Assembly: GCA_034435035.1 (NCBI GenBank)
Contig: DAOTXW010000079.1
Coordinates: 1,551-65,550, forward strand
Direction of reading: 5' to 3'
DNA from: Anaerolineae bacterium
Lineage (GTDB): Bacteria > Chloroflexota > Anaerolineae > Aggregatilineales > UBA3940
DNA length: 64,000 nucleotides
Every line of letters starts with the position of its first letter. Within the stretch, counting starts at the first letter, position 1. The notes under the pieces were generated by a model. It saw only the letters and a list, made by a program, of their open reading frames with translations, was not told the origin of the DNA and searched no databases. Shown here one piece after another: positions 36,678 through 43,934 of this stretch. Made by a program: the position numbers and the translations under genes.

Positions 36678-36748
36678 CTTGCGGCTCTTGCAGGGTGCAT
36701 CGAACTACGTGTCAGGGTGCTGGGCGCTATGCCAGGTAATTTATGCTG

Positions 36749-36757
36749 TGTTATAAT
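36749..36757 (+). promoter_or_regulatory. Candidate extended -10 promoter element for the nuclease/dnaB unit
   Basis: TGtTATAAT on the plus strand, ~60 nt upstream of the start at 36820. There is no good -35. A GC hairpin gcgccc-cgatc-gggcgc lies in the leader. Confidence 0.35.
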
Positions 36758-36819
36758 CGACTAAACAGTTTTCCACCATCTTCAGGCAGGCGCCCCGATC
36801 GGGCGCTCAGGGACAACGT

Positions 36820-37353
36820 ATGATCAGGGTAGAAATTGACAGTATCCGCGTTAGCCTGATGACTCAGGATCGAGTAGTGATTCTCAAGGATCCGGAAACC
36901 GACCGCTACCTGGCTATCTGGATCGGGCCGTTCGAGGCGGATGCCCTGCGCGTGCAGTTGGCAGGAATGGAAGTGACCCGCCCCCTTACGCATGACCTGC
37001 TTAAATCGGTCATCACGGAGATGGGTGGTAAGATTGAGAGCGTCATCGTGACCGATCTCAACAACGATACGTACTTCGCCCGCATCAACATCATGGCTAA
37101 TGGGCGTAAGCTGGAAGTGGATGCGCGGCCAAGCGATGCTATCAACCTCGCAGTGCGGGCCAGAGTGCCGATCTACGTTGAAGAGTCAGTGATGGAGCGC
37201 GCCATGATCCGCCCGGAGGACGAGATCGAAGGCGAGCCCGAAGCAGTCGACAAGCCGGCCGCTGAGGCGTCTGAGCCTGATGATGAAAAAGACCTCGACG
37301 TGTTCAAGGACTTCCTGAATTCACTGGATCTCGACGACCTGGGCGATGAGTAA
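36820..37353 (+). CDS. Bifunctional nuclease (BFN/DUF151 domain) protein with acidic C-terminal tail
   Basis: VVILKDPETDRYLAIWIGPFEADAL, THDLL, VIVTDLNNDTYFARI and DARPSDAINLAVRARVPIYV are the family-typical blocks. Confidence 0.8.
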   Translation: MIRVEIDSIRVSLMTQDRVVILKDPETDRYLAIWIGPFEADALRVQLAGMEVTRPLTHDLLKSVITEMGGKIESVIVTDLNNDTYFARINIMANGRKLEVDARPSDAINLAVRARVPIYVEESVMERAMIRPEDEIEGEPEAVDKPAAEASEPDDEKDLDVFKDFLNSLDLDDLGDE

Positions 37354-37396
37354 GCCGCTCCGCACTCTGGCAGAATCGTCGCGACGCAGACACCGA

Positions 37397-37428
37397 AGCG
37401 GGGCAGCAGGCCCCGCTCTTCTTTACTT
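37397..37428 (+). terminator. Candidate intrinsic terminator after the bifunctional nuclease gene
   Basis: Stem agcggggc / gccccgct (8 bp), loop agcag, followed by cTTcTTTacTT. Confidence 0.5.
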
Positions 37429-37492
37429 GCCCCGGCGGTGAAACTGGCGCAGGGCAGGGATCATCAGTGAGCACCCCGGACTGAGGACGCCT

Positions 37493-38857
37493 ATGTCACA
37501 AGCCGCTTCAGGTGATCTGCGCTCCGAGCAGCTGGCTCCCCACAGCGTGGAAGCCGAGGAGGCTGTGCTGGGATCGATTCTGATCAATCCCGAAGCACTT
37601 TTCGAAGTACTCTCGTTCCTGCATGCCGAGGACTTCTTCATCGTCCGGCATGGCTGGATATGGGAAGCAATGCTGAGCCTTCATGAACGCCGCGATCCCA
37701 TTGACTACCTCACGGTGGTGAACGAGCTTGAGCAGTTGGGGCGGCTGTCCGAGGTCGGCGGCGCAGCCTACATCCTGAGCCTGATTAACAAGACCCCCTC
37801 GGCTCTGAACATCGAGGGTTACGGACGGATCGTCGAGCGCATGGCTGTCCGGCGGCGGCTGATCGACGCCGCCGGACAGATCGCCCGGGTGGCACATTCT
37901 GAAGAACCGGATATAGAGACCGTCGTCAGCAAAGCCGAGCAGGCGATCTTTGAAGTTACCGAACGCCGCCTGTCCCGTGAGCTGGTGCCGATACGCAACG
38001 CGGTCAGCGAGTATTTTGACCATGTCAGCTTCATGGCCCGCCATCAGGAAGAGGTGCTGGGTGTTCCCACCGGCTTCATTGATCTTGACCGGATGCTGGG
38101 CGGCCTCCAGCGCTCTGACCTGCTGATCATCGCCGCCCGCCCCGGCATGGGGAAATCAAGCTGGCTGAACAGTGTGGTGATGAATGCTGCCCGCTCGAAT
38201 CAGCGGGTTGCGATGTTCAGCCTCGAGATGAGCAACGAGCAGTTGGTGCAGCGTTTTGTTAGCGCCGAGACCAACATCCCTTCGCATAAGCTGCGCGAGG
38301 GCAAGCTGGATGAAAAGGATTGGGCTCAGTTCCTGGCAGCAACCCAGTACATTGGTACGCTGCCCATTTATATGGATGATACCCCCGCTCTGAGCACTTC
38401 CGACCTCCGCACCAAGGCCCGCCGGCTGCATCTGGAGATGGGGCTGGACCTGGTAGTCATTGACTATCTGCAGCTCATGACCACGCCCTATCGCTCCGAG
38501 AACCGCGTGCAGGAGATCTCCTATATCTCCCGCTCGCTCAAACAGCTGGCGCGTGAGCTGAATGTTCCCGTGGTGGCTGCCGCCCAGCTCTCGCGGGCTG
38601 TGGAGCAGCGCACCGATAAACGCCCACTGCTGTCCGACCTGCGCGAGTCCGGCAGCATTGAACAGGACTCCGATGTCGTGATGTTCATCTACCGCGATGC
38701 CTATTACAACCCTGAGACACCTGAGGGAAACAAGGCGGAAATCCACATTGCCAAGCATCGCAACGGGCCCACCGGCGTGGTGGAGCTGATCTTTATCCCC
38801 GCGCTGACGCAGTTCCAGAACGCGGCGCGCCACAGCATCGACCTGGACAAGATCTGA
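37493..38857 (+). CDS. dnaB: Replicative DNA helicase DnaB
   Basis: N-terminal PHSVEAEEAVLGSILI; Walker A ARPGMGKSS; Walker B VVIDYLQLM; AQLSRAVEQR; IAKHRNGPTG. No intein (454 aa). Confidence 0.95.
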   Translation: MSQAASGDLRSEQLAPHSVEAEEAVLGSILINPEALFEVLSFLHAEDFFIVRHGWIWEAMLSLHERRDPIDYLTVVNELEQLGRLSEVGGAAYILSLINKTPSALNIEGYGRIVERMAVRRRLIDAAGQIARVAHSEEPDIETVVSKAEQAIFEVTERRLSRELVPIRNAVSEYFDHVSFMARHQEEVLGVPTGFIDLDRMLGGLQRSDLLIIAARPGMGKSSWLNSVVMNAARSNQRVAMFSLEMSNEQLVQRFVSAETNIPSHKLREGKLDEKDWAQFLAATQYIGTLPIYMDDTPALSTSDLRTKARRLHLEMGLDLVVIDYLQLMTTPYRSENRVQEISYISRSLKQLARELNVPVVAAAQLSRAVEQRTDKRPLLSDLRESGSIEQDSDVVMFIYRDAYYNPETPEGNKAEIHIAKHRNGPTGVVELIFIPALTQFQNAARHSIDLDKI

Positions 38858-39543
38858 TGCAGGGCTTCAATGGCTTCCCGTCGCGGGGTCGGCTGATCAA
38901 GGTGCCTGCGCTTTTCTTCAGCGACCTGTTGCCACAGATTGACAGCCTGGCGGAGCTGAAGGTCACCCTTTACTGTCTATGGCGCGTGCAGTACCTGGAA
39001 GGGCATCGCGTGTTTGTACGCAGGCACGAGATTGCTGCCGATGAGGCCTTCATGGCCGGTCTGGGAACACGGGACGATCAACGCCGCCTGGCGCTGGATG
39101 ATGGCCTGGAGCGCGCCGTGGCCCGCGGTAGCCTGCTGCATGTTCATGTGGAATACAATTCTCAGGAAGATGACCTTTACTTTGTCAACACCGAGCGCGG
39201 CCGGGCCGCTGTGAGAGCTATCGAGGAGGGTTCGTGGTTCCCTGAGCGCGACGGCAGCCTGCCGGCCAGCGTCACGGTGGAGCGGCCGGCGGTATTCACT
39301 CTGTACGAGCAGAACATTGGCGCGCTGACGCCTCTGCTGGCCGAGAACTTGGCCGACCTCGAACGCGAATATTCCTATGAGTGGCTGGCCGATGCGATCG
39401 AAGCAGCGGTGAACAACAACGTGCGTAAGCTGTCCTATATCTCGGCCATCCTCAAGCGCTGGCGCGAGCAGGGTCGCCCTGCTCAGCCTCGTTCGGGCGA
39501 CTGGTATATCAGCGGCAAGTACAGCGACGAAATCGAGTATTGA
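38857..39543 (+). CDS. DnaD-domain replication protein (DnaD/DnaB_2-like)
   Basis: The C-terminal block YEQNIG-LTPLLAENLADLEREYSYEWLADAIEAAVNNNVRKLSYISAILKRWREQG matches the DnaD/DnaB_2 C-terminal domain pattern. TGATG overlap with the dnaB stop. Confidence 0.6.
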   Translation: MQGFNGFPSRGRLIKVPALFFSDLLPQIDSLAELKVTLYCLWRVQYLEGHRVFVRRHEIAADEAFMAGLGTRDDQRRLALDDGLERAVARGSLLHVHVEYNSQEDDLYFVNTERGRAAVRAIEEGSWFPERDGSLPASVTVERPAVFTLYEQNIGALTPLLAENLADLEREYSYEWLADAIEAAVNNNVRKLSYISAILKRWREQGRPAQPRSGDWYISGKYSDEIEY

Positions 39544-40901
39544 GCATGAGCTACTCCGATCAACATTATGGCGCGGGAGATCCCGCCTGCCCGATCTGCG
39601 GCGGGGTCGGATATCTATGCTACGATGTCCCTGAGAGCCATCCGCACTTCGGCAGGGTCTTCAGCTGCCAGTGCCGCAAAGCCGATCAGCTCGCGGAACA
39701 GCAGGCTTATCTGCGGCGGCTCGGCGGGCTGGAGAATCTGGCCAGCAAGACATTCGCGACCTTCAACCCGCAAGGTGCCGGGCTGAGCCTGATCGAGCGC
39801 GATCGGGTCAACCTGCAGTTAGCCTATGAACTGGCGCGCTCTTACGCCGATCAGCCGCATGGGTGGTTGATCTTGATCGGCGGCTATGGCTGTGGCAAGA
39901 CTCATCTGGCGGCTGCCATCGCTAACGCTCAGGTCGAGGCGGGGCGCCCGGTCCTGTTCGTCACAGCCCCCGATCTGCTCGACCACCTTCGCGCTTCATA
40001 TCAGGAGGATGTCGACCAGGAATCCGGTTATGCCGCCCGCTTCGACGAGGTCCGCACTATCCCGCTGCTCGTGCTGGATGATGTGGGTACCGAGAGCCCC
40101 ACTCCCTGGGCCATGGAGAAGCTCTACCAGATCCTGAATCACCGCTACAATGCCCAGCTCCCAACGGTGATCAGCACCAACCAGAGCCTTGAGGAGTTTG
40201 ATCCCCGCATTCGCTCCCGCCTCTCCGATCCGGATATCAGCCAGATCGTAAGCATTACCGCGCCCGACTATCGCCGGGCCATCAGCAGCGCGCAGAGCGA
40301 TCTGAACACACTGGGGCTATATAAAACCAAGACGTTCAGTTCCTTTGATGCAGATCGCGGCCTGCCCAGGAAAGAAGCAGACAACCTGAGGTTGGCTTAT
40401 CAGGTCGCCCGCAGCTTCGCAGACAGCCCCGATGGCTGGCTGATCCTGACCGGGACCTATGGCTGTGGAAAGACCCATCTGGCAGCAGCCATTGCCAATG
40501 AACAGGTCATCCGCAACACTGGCGTGATGTTTGTGACGGTTCCCGATCTGCTCGATCATCTCCGCGCCGCCTATGCACCGAACAGCCCGGCATCGCCCGA
40601 CCGGCGATTCTCGGAGGTCAAGACCGCGCCGCTGCTGGTGCTGGACGATCTGGGCACCGAATCTGCCACCCCCTGGGCCAGCGTCAAGCTCTATCAACTG
40701 CTGAACTACCGCTACGAGGCGCGCCTCCCCACCGTAGTGACCACAGCGTACCGCGTTGATGAGCTGGAATCCCGGATCGACCCCCGGCTGGCCATCCGCA
40801 TGCGTGATAAACGCATCAGCAAAGTGCTGGCCATCCTGGCCCCGGCTTACCTGGGCGAGCGCACTCGCCCTCCACGTGAAGCAGCGTCGGGTGCGAGGTA
40901 A
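39540..40901 (+). CDS. Tandem-duplicated DnaC/DnaI (IstB-like AAA+) helicase-loader ATPase with N-terminal Cys cluster
   Basis: N-terminal CPICGG...C...CQC. Two collinear ~185-aa AAA+ modules follow, at aa 62-246 and aa 255-438. Each has a Walker A (GGYGCGKTHLAAAIAN / GTYGCGKTHLAAAIAN) and a Walker B (LLVLDDVGTE / LLVLDDLGTE). Confidence 0.75.
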   Translation: MSMSYSDQHYGAGDPACPICGGVGYLCYDVPESHPHFGRVFSCQCRKADQLAEQQAYLRRLGGLENLASKTFATFNPQGAGLSLIERDRVNLQLAYELARSYADQPHGWLILIGGYGCGKTHLAAAIANAQVEAGRPVLFVTAPDLLDHLRASYQEDVDQESGYAARFDEVRTIPLLVLDDVGTESPTPWAMEKLYQILNHRYNAQLPTVISTNQSLEEFDPRIRSRLSDPDISQIVSITAPDYRRAISSAQSDLNTLGLYKTKTFSSFDADRGLPRKEADNLRLAYQVARSFADSPDGWLILTGTYGCGKTHLAAAIANEQVIRNTGVMFVTVPDLLDHLRAAYAPNSPASPDRRFSEVKTAPLLVLDDLGTESATPWASVKLYQLLNYRYEARLPTVVTTAYRVDELESRIDPRLAIRMRDKRISKVLAILAPAYLGERTRPPREAASGAR

Positions 40902-40957
40902 TATCCAGGAGCCTGACAGCGACAGGGTTACAGCACAGCAGACAAGGAGAAGGCAGA

Positions 40958-41548
40958 TTGCGAGGACACCATCAACACGTCGGCATCCTGCTGGTGATAG
41001 CCACCCTGGCCGTTTCCGGGTGCAGCGCAGAGTTTGCCCCTGCCGGAGCCGCTCCATCTCCTGAACCAGTAGAGGGGGATGCGACAGATCCCAATGCGGT
41101 ATCCGTTGATGGCCCGGCTGACCCCGTGCCACAGGCCGCGCCATCTCAGAGGTCAGCGCCAGAAGAGACGGCTCCGCCGGATATCCCGCCGCGCCCTGGC
41201 GCCCCGGCCGGGACCGATGCGGGCTTTCGCCCCGACTCACCGCTGCAGGTGGCAGCGACCGACAGCCCCCAGCTCATCGAGTTCTTTGCCTTCTGGTGCA
41301 CAACCTGCAATGCGATGAAGCCCATGGTCCATGGGCTCGAAGCAGAGTATTGGAGCCAGATTGATTTCGTCTACCTCGATATTGACGATCCCAGCACTAA
41401 CCCTGTTAAGGAGCGGTATGGGTTCCGATCACAACCGACGTTCGTGCTGATCGCTCCGGATGGCACGCCGATCCAGACCTGGTTCGGTTATGTGGACGCA
41501 GATGAGTTCCGCCGGGCTTTTGACGACTACCTGGCAGCCAGCTCGTAG
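40958..41548 (+). CDS. Thioredoxin-fold lipoprotein (extracytoplasmic thiol:disulfide oxidoreductase-like)
   Basis: TTG start preceded by AAGGAGAAGG. Signal peptide with lipobox LAVSGC, then a P/A-rich linker. Thioredoxin core LIEFFAFWCTTCNAMKP (CxxC) ... QPTFVLI. Confidence 0.7.
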   Translation: MRGHHQHVGILLVIATLAVSGCSAEFAPAGAAPSPEPVEGDATDPNAVSVDGPADPVPQAAPSQRSAPEETAPPDIPPRPGAPAGTDAGFRPDSPLQVAATDSPQLIEFFAFWCTTCNAMKPMVHGLEAEYWSQIDFVYLDIDDPSTNPVKERYGFRSQPTFVLIAPDGTPIQTWFGYVDADEFRRAFDDYLAASS

Positions 41549-41559
41549 ACGACCGGCAG

Positions 41560-41599
41560 CGACACAGCCCCGCCTTAGCAGACGGGGCTGTGTCGTTTG
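41560..41599 (+). terminator. Intrinsic terminator in the convergent gap
   Basis: Perfect 13-bp stem cgacacagccccg / cggggctgtgtcg with a 10-nt loop, followed by TTTGG. It starts 12 nt after the stop. Confidence 0.6.
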
Positions 41600-41626
41600 G
41601 GGTGCGCCAGGGCCCCGAGCTGCGGC

Positions 41627-42583
41627 TTACTTTTCGTAAATCTTGCCGTCAGCCGCCGGCGGCATGGCACGCCCCACAAACCCGGCCAGCACCAGCATGG
41701 TCAGAATGTAAGGAGCCATCACAAGGAACTGGTAGGGAATCTGCCACCCCAGCACCTGCCCCTTGATCTGAAAAGCCTGAGCCAGCCCGAATAACAGAGC
41801 CGCCCCGAAGCTACCGAACGGCGTCCACTTCCCGAAGATCATAGCGGCCAGCGCGATATAGCCGCGCCCGCCGGTCATCAGCAGATTGAAGACGTCTACC
41901 CACTCCAGCGTGAACCAGCATCCGGCCAGCCCGGCCAGCCCGCCGCCGATCATCACGTTGAGATAGCGTGTGCGGAAGACGTCCACCCCGAGCGTATCGG
42001 CAGCCCGCGGATGTTCGCCAACTGCGCGTGTGCGCAGCCCCCACGGGGTATAGAACAGCACATAATGAGACAGCAGGGTCATGATCAGCATCGCATACAC
42101 GATCGGCTGATTGCGGAACAGCACCGAGCCGATCACCGGTATCTCGCTGAGCACCGGGATGGCGATTGGCGGGAACGTGCCCGGGCTGATCGGGACTCCG
42201 CCAGCCACCCCACCAGCCAGAAACAGGTTATACATCAGCCCGGTGAAGCCGATTGCCCCAATGTTGATGACCATACCGCTGATGATCTGCTCAACCCGGA
42301 AGCGGATCGACATGACCGCATGCAGCCAGCCGAGGAAGACGCCCGTCAGCACCCCCACCCCCACGCCAACCGGCAGAATGTATGGCTCAAGCGGCGTCTC
42401 CATCCAGCCAATATATCGCACGGCCAGCTGGGCAGTCATGGCCGCTGTGAGCATCATCCCTTCGATGGCGATGTTCACCACCCCCGCGCGCTCTGAGAAC
42501 AGCCCGCTGTAGGCGCCCAGGGCAATCGGCGTGGCGGCGATCACCGCCGCGCTGAGCAGTCCCTCGATGATTTCCGTCGTCAT
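41627..42583 (-). CDS. ABC transporter permease (BMP/nucleoside-type, YufQ/NupQ-like)
   Basis: Polytopic Bpd_transp_2-type permease within a BMP lipoprotein / ATPase / two-permease operon. Confidence 0.85.
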   Translation of the reverse strand: MTTEIIEGLLSAAVIAATPIALGAYSGLFSERAGVVNIAIEGMMLTAAMTAQLAVRYIGWMETPLEPYILPVGVGVGVLTGVFLGWLHAVMSIRFRVEQIISGMVINIGAIGFTGLMYNLFLAGGVAGGVPISPGTFPPIAIPVLSEIPVIGSVLFRNQPIVYAMLIMTLLSHYVLFYTPWGLRTRAVGEHPRAADTLGVDVFRTRYLNVMIGGGLAGLAGCWFTLEWVDVFNLLMTGGRGYIALAAMIFGKWTPFGSFGAALLFGLAQAFQIKGQVLGWQIPYQFLVMAPYILTMLVLAGFVGRAMPPAADGKIYEK

Positions 42584-42594
42584 GGATGTTCTCC

Positions 42595-43908
42595 TCAGCT
42601 CCCCCAGCCGCGCGTGAGTGGCACTTCTTCCAGCTCGCCTTTCGGCAGTCTGAGCCGGTAGATCCAGCGCACCATGGCCGGAGCGGCCACAAACAACAGG
42701 ATGAGCGCCTGAATCACAGAGACCATGTGCCGGGACACACCCGTGCGGATCTGCAGCACATCAGACCCCACGCGGAGCGCGCCAAAGATGATGGCCGAGG
42801 GGATCACGGCGATAGGATGGTTGGACGAGAGCAGGGCGACCGCGATGGCGTCAAACCCGTAGCCGGCCTGGAAGAAAGCCGGCATATAACGGCTCACGCC
42901 CTGTATCTCGATGGCTCCGGCCAGACCGGCCAGTGCGCCGGATAGCCCCATCGCCAGCACGGTGGTCCAGCCTGCGCGTATGCCGGCATAACGGGCTGCG
43001 TCAGGATTAGAGCCGGTTGTCCGCAGCTCAAAGCCCACGGTAGTCTTCCACAGCAGCCACCAGACGGCGACCGTCAGGATCAGCGCGATAACAAAGCCGA
43101 GATGCAGCCGGTCGCCGCGCGGGAACAGTCCGGGCAGGATTTCACTGAAGATCGGCAGGTTGGCGCCAGGCAGGATGTAGGGCGTTCGGATAGTTGATGA
43201 AGCACCAGATGTATCGCGCATGGGGCCGTTAACCAGCCAGTCGGCCATAAAGATCGCGATCCAGTTCAGCATGATCGTGTTGATGACTTCATGGGCGCCC
43301 AGCCGTGCCTTGAGAACGCCGGGTATGGCACCCCACAGCGCACCTCCCAGCGTCCCGCCTAGCAGAGCGACGATGGCATGCAGAACAGGCGGTAGGGGCA
43401 GGGCATATCCGATGAACGCTGCACAGATCGACCCGACCATGAACTGACCCTCGGCGCCGATGTTGAACAGCCCGGCACGAAAGGCCAGCGCGACGGCCAG
43501 CCCCATCAGGATCAGCGGCGTGGACGCAACCAGGGTGTTGGTCAGAGCGTTGGTCTTCAGGAGCGACCCGTCCACCATCGCCGCATACCCGCGTACCGCC
43601 AGCGCCAGCCGATCAATGAACGAGGTGTCCTGGCCCGCAAAGAGGATGATCATCAGCGCCCCGGCCAGGAAAGCGCTCAACACCGCCAGCAGAGGGATGA
43701 TCAGGCCGCGCCCGCCGTCGGGCTGGCGCCACACCCAGTAGCCCCAGGTGCCTGCCATCAACAGAAGGGCCACAATACGCCCCGGCCCAAACGACCCTGC
43801 GCTGACACCGGATATGACCAGCCCGAGTATCAGCAGGGCGCCGATCACCCATTGCATGATACCGGGTTTGAAGGTGAAGCCTTTAGATGGCTGCTCGGTT
43901 GTTGCCAT
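42595..43908 (-). CDS. ABC transporter permease (BMP/nucleoside-type, YufP/NupP-like)
   Basis: Polytopic permease with FNIGAEGQFM and INTIMLNWIA blocks typical of this family. Operon context as above. Confidence 0.85.
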   Translation of the reverse strand: MATTEQPSKGFTFKPGIMQWVIGALLILGLVISGVSAGSFGPGRIVALLLMAGTWGYWVWRQPDGGRGLIIPLLAVLSAFLAGALMIILFAGQDTSFIDRLALAVRGYAAMVDGSLLKTNALTNTLVASTPLILMGLAVALAFRAGLFNIGAEGQFMVGSICAAFIGYALPLPPVLHAIVALLGGTLGGALWGAIPGVLKARLGAHEVINTIMLNWIAIFMADWLVNGPMRDTSGASSTIRTPYILPGANLPIFSEILPGLFPRGDRLHLGFVIALILTVAVWWLLWKTTVGFELRTTGSNPDAARYAGIRAGWTTVLAMGLSGALAGLAGAIEIQGVSRYMPAFFQAGYGFDAIAVALLSSNHPIAVIPSAIIFGALRVGSDVLQIRTGVSRHMVSVIQALILLFVAAPAMVRWIYRLRLPKGELEEVPLTRGWGS

Positions 43909-43934
43909 GAGGTTCCCATTCCCAGCTGCATCGA

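Noticed and set aside
38156-38833. 225-aa minus-strand ORF antisense to dnaB
   Set aside because: dnaB on the plus strand is unambiguous. Antisense artefact.
39540-40901. IstB-like AAA+ ATPase as evidence of an IS21-family insertion sequence
   Set aside because: No IstA transposase gene and no terminal inverted repeats seen. The gene is translationally coupled to dnaB and a DnaD-domain gene, so it is interpreted as a chromosomal helicase loader.
40317-41240. 307-aa minus-strand ORF antisense to the loader ATPase and thioredoxin-like genes
   Set aside because: It crosses an intergenic region and two supported plus-strand genes. Low-complexity R/G/P/A-rich translation.
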